Source: an uncultured delta proteobacterium (GTDB lineage Bacteria; Myxococcota; Myxococcia; Myxococcales; Anaeromyxobacteraceae). Taken from it: a DNA stretch of 64,000 nt. This document shows positions 1 through 8,784 of this stretch, piece after piece. The translations under genes were made by a program, and so were the position numbers. The stretch's first letter is position 1. Each line of letters starts with the position of its first letter. The stretch covers positions 160,001-224,000 of the forward strand of contig CAWHDZ010000015.1 of the NCBI GenBank assembly GCA_963828255.1. The letters run 5' to 3'. The notes below the pieces were generated by a model. That model searched no databases, was not told the origin of the DNA, and saw nothing but the letters and a program-made list of their open reading frames with translations.

Positions 1-557
1 CGGAGGTGGACGCTCTCCCCCTGCCGGATGTCCACGGTCACCGGCCGGTGGAGGACCGCCTCCTCGGAGAGCCCCATGAGCCTCGAGTAGGCCGGGTTCA
101 CGAGCACGTAGTTGCCGTGCTCGTCGGAGACCGCGATGGCCTCCTCCGAGCAGCGGATGATGGCCTCGGAGAGCTCCCGCAGGTCCTGGAGGGTGCGCAC
201 CTTGGCGGCCAGCTCCTGCACCTCGCCGACATCGCGGAAGATGGCGACCGCGCCCTCGACGGCGCCCGAGGCGTCGCGAACCACCATGCGGCTCGTGATG
301 ATGGTGGTGGCGCCCACCTCCTGCCGCTGGTTCAGCTCGTCCTGGCCGGAGGCGAGCACGTGGGGGAGGCGGGTATTGGGCACCACATCCCGCACCGGCC
401 GGCCGAGCGCCTCCTTCACCGGGCAGCCCACGATGGCCGCCGCCTGCTGGTTGAAGAGGACCACCTTGCCGGACGTGTCCACGGCGATGAGCCCCTCGAT
501 GATGGAGTCGAGGATGGCAGCCACCTGCCGCATCGACATCGACGTCGCGATCGACAT
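1..557 (-). CDS. PAS-domain transcriptional regulator, probably a sigma54 enhancer-binding protein (N-terminal part; runs off window)
   Basis: Own translation of minus strand from ATG 557: MSIATSMSMRQVAAILDSIIEGLIAVDTSGKVVLFNQQAAAIVG...AIIRCSEEAIAVSDEHGNYVLVNPAYSRLMG, two tandem PAS repeats; AGGAG RBS; divergent from a -24/-12 promoter. AAA+ domain not visible in window. Confidence 0.75.
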   Translation of the reverse strand, partial: MSIATSMSMRQVAAILDSIIEGLIAVDTSGKVVLFNQQAAAIVGCPVKEALGRPVRDVVPNTRLPHVLASGQDELNQRQEVGATTIITSRMVVRDASGAVEGAVAIFRDVGEVQELAAKVRTLQDLRELSEAIIRCSEEAIAVSDEHGNYVLVNPAYSRLMGLSEEAVLHRPVTVDIRQGESVHL

Positions 558-579
558 GGAATCTCCTGACCAGAGACGA

Positions 580-607
580 TGAAATAATTAGCATGAAATG
601 AATGACA
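580..607. promoter_or_regulatory. Two tandem 14-mers, candidate upstream activator sites
   Basis: TGAAATAATTAGCA (580-593) immediately followed by TGAAATGAATGACA (594-607), an AT-rich patch 65-90 bp upstream of the sigma54 motif. Confidence 0.45.
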
Positions 608-670
608 GTGAAGGTAGGATTGCTTCAAGCTAATCCATCCGTCTCTTGATCCACCGCAACGCCACGGACA

Positions 671-686
671 TGGTCCGGAGGTTGCT
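671..686 (+). promoter_or_regulatory. Sigma54 (-24/-12) promoter
   Basis: TGGTCC-GGAGG-TTGCT: GG at 672-673, GC at 684-685, exactly 10 nt apart; resembles TGGCAC-N5-TTGCW. Confidence 0.7.
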
Positions 687-745
687 GAGGAAAGTCCTCG
701 GGTGGCTCGTCGCTGGGCTACCGTGGACGTCGAACGGAGGAGCCG

Positions 746-2968
746 GTGGGCGAGGCCGAGTCCAGTCGCGGGTCGTTGCCGGCCGGGATCCCCCTGCCGC
801 TCGAGGTGCGCGTCCACGGGCGCGGCGGCCAGGGCGGGGTCACCTGCGCGAAGCTCATCGCCACCGTCTACGCGGAGCAGGGGCTCCACGTGCAGACCTT
901 CGGGGACTACGGCTCGGAGCGCACCGGCGCGCCCGTCCGCGCCTTCGCGCGGGTGGACACGGTTCCCATCCGCAACCACAACAAGGTCTACCGGCCGCAT
1001 CACCTCCTGGTCCTCGACGCGGCGCTCCTCGGCGACGACGTGCTCGAGGGGGCCGGACCGGGCGCGGTGGTCCTGCTCAACACCGCCCGCGGCCTCGAGC
1101 CGTTCGCCGACAAGCACGGCCACTTCCGCTTCGCCGCGGTGGACGCCACCGCCATCGCGCGCCGCCACGGCATCGGCACGAGCGCCGTGGTCATCATCAA
1201 CACGACGCTGGCCGGCGCCTACGCGCGGGCCATGGGCCTCTCCTGGGAAGCGGTGGAGAGGGCCTTCTCGGTCCAGGGGCTCGAGCGGGACCTGCCCGCC
1301 GCCCGGGAAGCCTGGGAGGCCGTGCAGGTGCGCGAGGCCGACGATGGCGACGGGGCGCCGCCAAGGAGCGCCCCGGTCCCGGCCAGCGTGATCGGGATCG
1401 CCGAGCACGTCCGCGACATCCCCACCCCGCTCCGGACCGGCTCCTGGCGAACCCAGATGCCGGTCTACCGCTCCCACGCCGCGCCGTGCAACGGCGGGTG
1501 CCCGGCGGGCAACGACGTGGTGGGGTTCGTGCAGGCCCTCGACAAGGGGGGCGTCGCGGCGGCCGCCGAGGTGCTCTTCCGCACGCAGCCCTTGCCGTCG
1601 GTGTGCGGGAGGGTCTGCCCGGCGCCCTGCATGTCGGCGTGCAACCGCGGCGCCTACGACGGTGCGGTCAACATCCGCGGTCTCGAGCGCTGGATCGGCG
1701 ACCACGTCCTCTCCCGCCCCGAACGTCCCGTACCCGCCACGCCACGCAGGAGGATCGCCGTGGTGGGGAGCGGCCCTGCGGGCCTCGGCGCGGCCTTCGC
1801 GCTCGCCACCGCTGGCCACGAGGTGACCCTCCTCGAGGGGGAGAGCTGCCTGGGCGGGGTGCTTCGCACCGGCATCCCGGCCTACCGCCTTCCCGAGGAG
1901 ATCCTCGACCGCGACATCTCCCGCATCCTCGCACTCGGGGTGTCGGCCCGCACCGGGACCTTCCTCGACGCCGGCGCGGTCGCCGATCTCGCCGCTTCCC
2001 ACGACGCCGTCATCGTCGCCGCGGGTCTCCCGCGCCTGACCGGGCTCGAGGCGCCGGGCGTGGGCCTCCCCGGGGTCCTCCAGGGGATCCGCTTCCTCGA
2101 CGACGTGAAGCGCGGGGCGGCGCCGCGCCTCTCCGGCGCGGTGGTGGTGGTGGGCGGCGGGAACACCGCCATCGACTGCGCCCGCACGGCGCTGCGGCTC
2201 GGGGCGGCCTCGGTCTCCATCGCCTACCGCCGGGGGCGCAAGGAGATGCCGGCCATCGGCCCGGAGATCGAGGAGGCCGTGGCCGAGGGGGTGAAGCTGC
2301 TCCTCCACCGCCAGCCGGTGCGCGCCTGTGGCCAGGGGAGGGTGGAGTCGCTCGAGCTCGCCGAGGTGGAGCTGGGGGAGCCCGACAGGAGCGGCCGCCG
2401 CCGCCCGGTGGTGACCGGCCGGACCTCCACCATCCCCTGCGACGCGCTCCTGCTCGCGCTCGGCCAGTCGGCGGACCTGTCGATCGTCCCCGGGCTCGGG
2501 AACGTATTCACCGCAGGTGACATGGCCACCGGCGACGGAACGGTGACCCACGCCCTGGGGAGCGGGCGTCGCGTGGCCGCGCGGGTGCTGGCCAGGCTGG
2601 CGGGGGAGCCCGAGCCGGTCGAGGAGCACCCCCCGGCCGAGGCCCTGGTCGCCGCGGCCCATGTCCGCTTCAGCCACTTCTCGGTCGCGCTGCCGCAGGT
2701 CGAGCGTCACCGCGCGGGTCCGGTCGGCGCGCTGGGGTTCGACGAGGTGAGCCTCGGGCTCGACGGGCCGTCGGAGGCCGCGCGCTGCTTCTCCTGCGGC
2801 GCATGCACCAGCTGCGACACCTGCCTGCTCTACTGCCCGGAGGGGGTCATCCACCGCATCGGGCACGGCTACCGGGTGGACGAGGGCTACTGCAAGGGGT
2901 GCGGCATGTGCGTCGCCGAGTGCCCCCGCCGCGCCATGGAGATGGTCATGGAGGCCTCGGCCCGATGA
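746..2968 (+). CDS. Fusion: 2-oxoacid oxidoreductase gamma subunit + GltD/NfnB-like FAD/NAD(P)H Fe-S flavoprotein + delta-like 2x[4Fe-4S] ferredoxin
   Basis: HGRGGQG and YGSERTGAPV (gamma); CNGGCP, CGRVCPAPCMSAC, GSGPAG, GGGNTAIDCA, YRR (GltD-like); RCFSCGACTSCDTC..CP and YCKGCGMCVAECP; GGAGG RBS before GTG. Confidence 0.85.
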   Translation: MGEAESSRGSLPAGIPLPLEVRVHGRGGQGGVTCAKLIATVYAEQGLHVQTFGDYGSERTGAPVRAFARVDTVPIRNHNKVYRPHHLLVLDAALLGDDVLEGAGPGAVVLLNTARGLEPFADKHGHFRFAAVDATAIARRHGIGTSAVVIINTTLAGAYARAMGLSWEAVERAFSVQGLERDLPAAREAWEAVQVREADDGDGAPPRSAPVPASVIGIAEHVRDIPTPLRTGSWRTQMPVYRSHAAPCNGGCPAGNDVVGFVQALDKGGVAAAAEVLFRTQPLPSVCGRVCPAPCMSACNRGAYDGAVNIRGLERWIGDHVLSRPERPVPATPRRRIAVVGSGPAGLGAAFALATAGHEVTLLEGESCLGGVLRTGIPAYRLPEEILDRDISRILALGVSARTGTFLDAGAVADLAASHDAVIVAAGLPRLTGLEAPGVGLPGVLQGIRFLDDVKRGAAPRLSGAVVVVGGGNTAIDCARTALRLGAASVSIAYRRGRKEMPAIGPEIEEAVAEGVKLLLHRQPVRACGQGRVESLELAEVELGEPDRSGRRRPVVTGRTSTIPCDALLLALGQSADLSIVPGLGNVFTAGDMATGDGTVTHALGSGRRVAARVLARLAGEPEPVEEHPPAEALVAAAHVRFSHFSVALPQVERHRAGPVGALGFDEVSLGLDGPSEAARCFSCGACTSCDTCLLYCPEGVIHRIGHGYRVDEGYCKGCGMCVAECPRRAMEMVMEASAR

Positions 2969-4137
2969 GCACCTCCTTCGGACAGCTCCTCAGCGCCAAC
3001 CACGCCGCCGCCCTGGGCGCCACCATGGCCGCGCGCGCCAACCGGACCGGCCGCGGCTTCGTCTCCGGCGTCTACCCCATCACCCCGTCCACCGAGTGCA
3101 TGGAGCTCCTCTGCAACCAGGAGATCGAGAAGGGGAGGGTGGTCCGGGTGGAGAGCGAGCACAGCGCCATGGGCGTGTGCATCGGCGGCGCCGCCAGCGG
3201 GGCGCGCACCTTCACCACCTCGTCCTCGAACGGCATCGCCTTCATGGCCGAGAACGTGGTGGCCGCGGCGCTGCTCCGCCTCCCGGTGGTCATGGTGGCG
3301 GCCAACCGGACGCTGGGCCCGCCCTGGAACATCTGGGCCGACCACGGCGACACCCTCATGCTCCGTGACTCGGGGTGGATCCAGATGTACTGCGCCGACA
3401 ACCAGGAGGTCCTCGACAGCGTGCTCTGCGCCTACCGGCTGGCCGAGGACCGGCGCATCCTCCTGCCGGCGCTGGTGTGCCAGGAGGCCTTCGTCCTCTC
3501 CCACACCATGGCCCGGACTCTGGTGCCCACCCAGGAGCAGGTGGACCGCTTCCTCCCGCCGCTCGACCTCCCCGGCCGCCTCGACGGCACGGCGCGGGTC
3601 GTGGGCGGGCTCACCGCCCCGCACGCCACCGAGGTGCACCGCGCCCAGCACCACGAGGCCATGGGGCGGGTCTTCGGGGTCTACCGGGAGGTCCAGGACC
3701 GGTTCGAGGAGGTCTTCGGCCGTCGCCCCGCCGACCCGGTGGTCCCGTACCGCGCCGACGACGCCGAGGTCCTGGTGGTCTCGATGGGCACCATCGGCTC
3801 CACGGTGGAGCGGGCCGTGGACGCCGCCCGGGAGAAGGGGATCCGGCTGGGGGGCCTGCGCGTCCGGACCTTCCGCCCCTTCCCGGCGGAGCTGCTCGCC
3901 GCCGCCTTCCGGGGGCGCAGGCGCATCGCGGTCGTGGACCGGAACGTCAGCCTGGGCTTCGGCGGCGTGCTCTGGGGCGAGGCGCGCGGTCTCGCCGACC
4001 CCGGAGCGGTGGTGCAGGGATACATGATCGGGATCGGCGGCGGCGACGTGCGTCCCGAGCACGTGATGGCCATCGCCGAGGACCTCTCGTTGCGGGAGGC
4101 CGCCGGTCCGCCGGTGCTCCTGGAGGCCGGGGCATGA
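2965..4137 (+). CDS. 2-oxoacid:acceptor oxidoreductase alpha subunit (PorA-like)
   Basis: YPITPST, VESEHSAM, RTFTTSSSNG, FRPFP motifs; ATGA overlap with upstream gene. Confidence 0.9.
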   Translation: MSTSFGQLLSANHAAALGATMAARANRTGRGFVSGVYPITPSTECMELLCNQEIEKGRVVRVESEHSAMGVCIGGAASGARTFTTSSSNGIAFMAENVVAAALLRLPVVMVAANRTLGPPWNIWADHGDTLMLRDSGWIQMYCADNQEVLDSVLCAYRLAEDRRILLPALVCQEAFVLSHTMARTLVPTQEQVDRFLPPLDLPGRLDGTARVVGGLTAPHATEVHRAQHHEAMGRVFGVYREVQDRFEEVFGRRPADPVVPYRADDAEVLVVSMGTIGSTVERAVDAAREKGIRLGGLRVRTFRPFPAELLAAAFRGRRRIAVVDRNVSLGFGGVLWGEARGLADPGAVVQGYMIGIGGGDVRPEHVMAIAEDLSLREAAGPPVLLEAGA

Positions 4138-5015
4138 GCGAGCCCCTCCTGCGCCCCGGCAACGGCAACTGCGGCGGCTGCGGCATGTCGTCCGCGTTCC
4201 AGTTCCTGGGGCGCGCCCGCGAGGAGCGTCCCATCCACGTGGTCATCCCGGCCAGCTGCGCGGCCGTGGCGGTGGGGCAGTTCCCGTACTCGGCCATGGG
4301 CGCCCCCACCATCCTCACCACCTTCGGGTCGGCCGCCGCGGTGGCCACCGGGATGAGCCACGCCGCACGCCTGAACGGCGAGGGCACCCGCGTCGTCTGC
4401 TGGGCCGGCGACGGCGGGACCTACGACATCGGCATGGCCAGCCTCTCCGGCGCCGCCGAGCGGAACGAGGACATCCTCTACGTCTGCTACGACAACGAGA
4501 TCTACGGGAACACCGGCGGCCAGCGCTCCTCGGCCACGCCCCACGGCGCGGCGACCTCCAACACGCTGCGTGGCAAGGCCGAGCAGAAGAAGGACATCCT
4601 CGGGATCATGGCGGCCCACCGCATCCCCTACGCCGCCTCGGTCTCGCTGGCCCACCCCGAGGACGCCATCCGCAAGATGCGCCGCGCCCTCGACCTGCAG
4701 GGCTTCCGCTTCCTCCACGTGCTCGCGCCGTGCCCGACCGGCTGGAAGTCGGAGCCGGCGCTGGGCATCGAGCTGGTGCGCCTCGCGGTCCGCTCCGGGC
4801 TCTTCCCGGTGGTGGAGGTGGTGGACGGGCGGAGGACCACCATCAACGTGGAGCCCGACTTCTCGGAGGAGGCGCTCGAGCTCTACCTCTCGCTGCAGCG
4901 CCGCTTCCAGAAGTCCGAGGTCGGCGCCGCCGATCTCCGTCCCGACATCGAGCGCCACTGGCGCGACCTGCGCGCCCGCACCGGCCGGATCGTCCCGGCC
5001 GACCGCGAGGGGTAG
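4134..5015 (+). CDS. 2-oxoacid:acceptor oxidoreductase beta subunit (TPP-binding, PorB-like)
   Basis: CGGCG, GDGGTYDIG...YDNEIYGNTGGQ TPP motif, APCPTGW; ATGA overlap. Confidence 0.9.
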   Translation: MSEPLLRPGNGNCGGCGMSSAFQFLGRAREERPIHVVIPASCAAVAVGQFPYSAMGAPTILTTFGSAAAVATGMSHAARLNGEGTRVVCWAGDGGTYDIGMASLSGAAERNEDILYVCYDNEIYGNTGGQRSSATPHGAATSNTLRGKAEQKKDILGIMAAHRIPYAASVSLAHPEDAIRKMRRALDLQGFRFLHVLAPCPTGWKSEPALGIELVRLAVRSGLFPVVEVVDGRRTTINVEPDFSEEALELYLSLQRRFQKSEVGAADLRPDIERHWRDLRARTGRIVPADREG

Positions 5016-5029
5016 CACCGGAGGACGCC

Positions 5030-5593
5030 ATGCAGACCGACATCGGAGTGCGGATCCGCAAGATGCGCGAGGCCCAGGACCTGAGCCCCGACGACGTCTG
5101 CCGCATGGCCGGCCTCTCCAAGGAGCGGCTGGCCGCATTCGAGGAGGGGAAGGAGGTCCCCTCCATCGGCGTGGTGATCAAGCTCTCCCGGGTGCTCGGC
5201 TCGAAGGTGGGCGGCCTCCTGCACGGCGGGGGCTTCGCCACCGAGGAGCTGACGGTGAGCCGCGCCAGCGAGGCGCGCCCCGGGATGGAGCAGGGGGAGA
5301 CCGAGCAGGGCTACACCTACCGGTGCCTGACCCGCCCCGGGACGCCCGGCCACGACATGGAGCCCTTCCTGCTCACCTTCGACCCGGGGGTGACCGACGC
5401 GCGCCCGCTGGCCCACGACGGCCAGGAGTTCGTCTTCGTCCTGGAGGGATCGATCGAGCTCAGCTACGAGGGGAGGCGCTGCGTGCTGCAGGCCGGAGAC
5501 TCGGCCTACCTCGACGCCAGCCGGCCTCATCTCTTCCGCGGCCTGGGCGACGGGCCTTCGCGGATGGTGGCGGTGGTCACGTCGGGCGCGTAG
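5030..5593 (+). CDS. XRE-family HTH + cupin transcriptional regulator
   Basis: MQTDIGVRIRKMRE HTH; HDGQEFVFVLEG...GDSAYLDASRPH cupin; GGAGG RBS. Confidence 0.85.
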   Translation: MQTDIGVRIRKMREAQDLSPDDVCRMAGLSKERLAAFEEGKEVPSIGVVIKLSRVLGSKVGGLLHGGGFATEELTVSRASEARPGMEQGETEQGYTYRCLTRPGTPGHDMEPFLLTFDPGVTDARPLAHDGQEFVFVLEGSIELSYEGRRCVLQAGDSAYLDASRPHLFRGLGDGPSRMVAVVTSGA

Positions 5594-5608
5594 GGCGGGG
5601 CGGCCCGC

Positions 5609-6790
5609 TCACGGCTCGAAGTAGGTGTAGTCCTTGCCCTGGAAGTTCCGGAAGACCCACTTCTTCCCCTCGTGGCGGATCACGTAGTCGGGGTTCACCG
5701 GGATCTTCCCGCCCCCGTCGGGCGCGTCCACGACGAAGTGGGGGACGGCCAGGCCGCTGGTGAAGCCGCGCAGCGAGCGGATGATCCTGCGCCCTGCCTC
5801 CACGGTGGTGCGGAAGTGGCTGATGCCCCTGGCCAGATCGCACTGGTAGATGTAGTAGGGGCGGATCCGCATGAGGAGGAGCTTGTGGTTCAGCTCCATC
5901 ACGACCTTCGGGTCGTCGTTCACGCCCTTCAGCAGCACCATCTGGTTTCCCAGGGAGCAGCCCGCGTCGGCCAGCCGGCGGGCCGCCTCGAAGGCCTCCG
6001 CGGTGCACTCCTTGGGATGATTGAAATGGGTGTTCACGTAGACGGGCTGGTGCCGGCGCAGCATGTGGACGAAGTCGTCGGTCACGCGCTGGGGCAGCGT
6101 GACCAGGTTGCGGGTGCCCAGCCGGAAGATCTCCACGTGGGGCATGGCGCGCAGGCGCCCCAGGATGTGGTCGAGCCGCTCGTCGGAGAGGGAGAGCGGG
6201 TCGCCGCCGGAGATGACCACGTCGCGGATCTCCGGGTGAAGCGCGATGTAGTCGAGCCCGTCCTCCACCTGCTTCCTGGCCGCGGCCGACGACGGGTCGG
6301 CCACCTTGCGCTTGCGCGTGCAGTGGCGGCAGTACACCGGGCAGTTGTGGGTGACGTAGAAGAGGACGCGGTCGGGGTAGCGGTGCGTGATGCCGGGCAC
6401 CGGCATGTCCCGGTCCTCGCCGAGGGGGTCCTCCAGGTCGGCGGCGGCGACGATGGTCTCGCCCATGGTCGGCACCGACTGGAGCCGCACCGGACAGCGC
6501 GGATCGTCGGGGTCCATCAGCGCCGCGTAGTAGGGCGTGATGCCCATGTGGAAGTCCTTGTCGGTCTCCACCGCGGCCTGGCGCTCGTCGTCCGTGAGCC
6601 GGATCACCTTCTCGAGCTGGTCCACGCGGGTGATGCGCTCCCGCTGCTGCCAGTGCCAGTCGTTCCACTGGGAGTCGGGCACGCCTGCCCAGACGGAGCG
6701 GGGCCCGGGCGGGAAGCGGCCGGTGATCCCGGAGGCGGGACGCGGGTCGGCGGCCGGGGTCTCGTCCTGCATCATGGGAAGGGTCGCCAT
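5609..6790 (-). CDS. kamA: KamA-family radical SAM/PLP aminomutase (lysine 2,3-aminomutase-like)
   Basis: THRYPDR, CPVYCRHCTRKR, SGGDPL, HFNHPKE, YQCD, VVDAPDGGGK. Confidence 0.85.
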   Translation of the reverse strand: MATLPMMQDETPAADPRPASGITGRFPPGPRSVWAGVPDSQWNDWHWQQRERITRVDQLEKVIRLTDDERQAAVETDKDFHMGITPYYAALMDPDDPRCPVRLQSVPTMGETIVAAADLEDPLGEDRDMPVPGITHRYPDRVLFYVTHNCPVYCRHCTRKRKVADPSSAAARKQVEDGLDYIALHPEIRDVVISGGDPLSLSDERLDHILGRLRAMPHVEIFRLGTRNLVTLPQRVTDDFVHMLRRHQPVYVNTHFNHPKECTAEAFEAARRLADAGCSLGNQMVLLKGVNDDPKVVMELNHKLLLMRIRPYYIYQCDLARGISHFRTTVEAGRRIIRSLRGFTSGLAVPHFVVDAPDGGGKIPVNPDYVIRHEGKKWVFRNFQGKDYTYFEP

Positions 6791-6896
6791 TCGTCGCTCC
6801 TCGGTCGATCATATGCCGGGATCGGCCGCTCCGCCGGTTTGACTTCGCTCCCGCGCGCCGGTTAGCTTCCGCCCGCCGCGAGAACGGCGCCCCCCC

Positions 6897-8135
6897 ATGG
6901 ACCACTCCCGCCGAGCATTTCCCGCCGTCTCCGAGGCGGACTGGGGTGACTGGCGCTGGCAGCAGCGGAACATGCTGCGCAGCGCGGCCGATCTGGAGGC
7001 CATCCTCGACCTCACCCCGGACGAGCGGCGCGGCCTCTCCGGCGCCGCCGGGCGCTTCCGGGTGGGAACGACTCCTTACTACGCGTCGCTCATGGACCCG
7101 CACCACCCCTCCTGCCCGGTGCGCATGCAGGTGGTGCCGGTGGCCGCCGAGACCGGGGAGACGGACGGGGACCTGCGCGACCCGCTGGGCGAGGACGGCC
7201 GGCGCCCGGTCCGCGCCATCGTCCACAAGTACCCGGACCGGGCCCTCTTCCTCGCCGCCGACCACTGCGCCGTCTACTGCCGTCACTGCACCCGCCGTCG
7301 CATCACCGGCGGGGAGGAGGGGGCCTTCGACCGGGAGTCGGCGGCCGAGGGGATCGCCTGGGTCCGCTCCCACCCCCAGGTGCGCGACGTGGTGGTGTCG
7401 GGGGGCGACCCGCTGGCCCTCTCCGACGATCGGCTCGGGTGGATCCTCGAGGGGCTGCGCGCCATCCCCCACGTCGAGCTGCTGCGGGTGGCCACCCGTG
7501 CACCGGTAGTGAACCCCATGCGGATCACCGGCGCGCTTTCGGCCCTCCTCCGCCGCCTGGCACCGCTCTTCGTGGTCACCCACTTCAACCACCCCAAGGA
7601 GTGCACCGCCGAGGCCCGGGAGGCCTGCGAGCGGCTGGTGGACCAGGGCGTGCCAGTGGAGAACCAGACCGTCCTCCTGCGCCGCGTGAACTCCACCGCC
7701 CGGATCATCGCCGACCTGAACCAGCGGCTCCTCTCCTTTCGGGTGCGCCCCTACTACCTGCACCAGGGCGACCTGGCCGAGGGCACCGGACACCTGAGAA
7801 CGCCGCTCTCCACCGGCCTGGGCATCCTGGAGGAGCTCCGGGGGCGCACCAGCGGGCTGGCCGTTCCCCACCTCGCCGTGGACCTCCCCGGGGGCGCCGG
7901 CAAGGTGACGCTGCAGCCCGGGTGGCTGCTCGGCCCCGGCGATCCCGGCGTGCCGCCCGCGCTGGCCACCGGCACCGCCGCGGCGCCCGGGACGGCGCGC
8001 GGCCACTGGCTGCGCAGCTGGAAGGGGAAGGCCGTCTTCTACCCGGAGCCAGGGGAGATAGATTGCGCCTGCCCGTACGACGAGGTCTTCTACGGGGAAC
8101 GCGCCGCGCTCCGGAAAGGAGGCCACGGGTGGTAG
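6897..8135 (+). CDS. Second KamA-family radical SAM aminomutase
   Basis: HKYPDR, CAVYCRHCTRRR, SGGDPL, HFNHPKE, AVDLPGGAGK; candidate promoter TTGACT-18-TAGCTT at 6839-6868. Confidence 0.85.
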   Translation: MDHSRRAFPAVSEADWGDWRWQQRNMLRSAADLEAILDLTPDERRGLSGAAGRFRVGTTPYYASLMDPHHPSCPVRMQVVPVAAETGETDGDLRDPLGEDGRRPVRAIVHKYPDRALFLAADHCAVYCRHCTRRRITGGEEGAFDRESAAEGIAWVRSHPQVRDVVVSGGDPLALSDDRLGWILEGLRAIPHVELLRVATRAPVVNPMRITGALSALLRRLAPLFVVTHFNHPKECTAEAREACERLVDQGVPVENQTVLLRRVNSTARIIADLNQRLLSFRVRPYYLHQGDLAEGTGHLRTPLSTGLGILEELRGRTSGLAVPHLAVDLPGGAGKVTLQPGWLLGPGDPGVPPALATGTAAAPGTARGHWLRSWKGKAVFYPEPGEIDCACPYDEVFYGERAALRKGGHGW

Positions 8136-8776
8136 CCAGGATCATCGAGGTTCTCGCCGTATTCACCACGGGTGTCATCTCCGCCATGGGCTACAGCGGC
8201 GTGGTGCTCCTCATGGCGATCGAGAGCGCCTGCATCCCGCTCCCCTCCGAGATCATCATGCCCTTCGCGGGATTCCTGGTGTTCAAGGGGCAGTTCACGC
8301 TCCTGGGGGCCGGGTTCTGGGGCGCGGTGGGCTGCGTGGTGGGCTCGATCCCCGCCTACTACCTGGGCATGTACGGCGGGCGCCCCCTCATCGAGAAGTA
8401 CGGGAAGTACCTGCTCATCTCCCACCACGAGCTCGACCTGGCCGACCGGCTCTTCCAGAAGCACGGATCGGCGGTGGTCTTCTGGGCCAGGCTCCTGCCG
8501 GTCATCCGCACCTTCATCGCCTTCCCGGCCGGCGTGGCCCGGATGAACATGACGAAGTTCATCGTCTACACCTTCGTGGGCTCCTTCCCCTGGTGCCTGG
8601 GGCTGGCCTGGGTGGGGCTCAAGCTCGGGGAGAAGTGGAACAGCGACCCGCGCTTCAAGACCTGGTTCCACAGCTTCGACCTGATCATCGGGGTCGCGCT
8701 GGTCCTGGCCGTCACCGCCTTCGTCTGGCACAAGATCCGCTCGGCGCGCCGTCCCGGCGCCGGCGCCGAATCCTAG
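8129..8776 (+). CDS. DedA family membrane protein
   Basis: AIESACIPLPSEIIMPFAG, RLLPVIRTFIAFPAG; AGGAGG RBS before GTG. Confidence 0.9.
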   Translation: MVARIIEVLAVFTTGVISAMGYSGVVLLMAIESACIPLPSEIIMPFAGFLVFKGQFTLLGAGFWGAVGCVVGSIPAYYLGMYGGRPLIEKYGKYLLISHHELDLADRLFQKHGSAVVFWARLLPVIRTFIAFPAGVARMNMTKFIVYTFVGSFPWCLGLAWVGLKLGEKWNSDPRFKTWFHSFDLIIGVALVLAVTAFVWHKIRSARRPGAGAES

Positions 8777-8784
8777 GACCACGC

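Noticed and set aside
1430..2968. DsrL or glutamate synthase small subunit call
   Set aside because: Similar fold, but no dsr genes or gltB in the window and the domain is fused into a 2-oxoacid oxidoreductase subunit.
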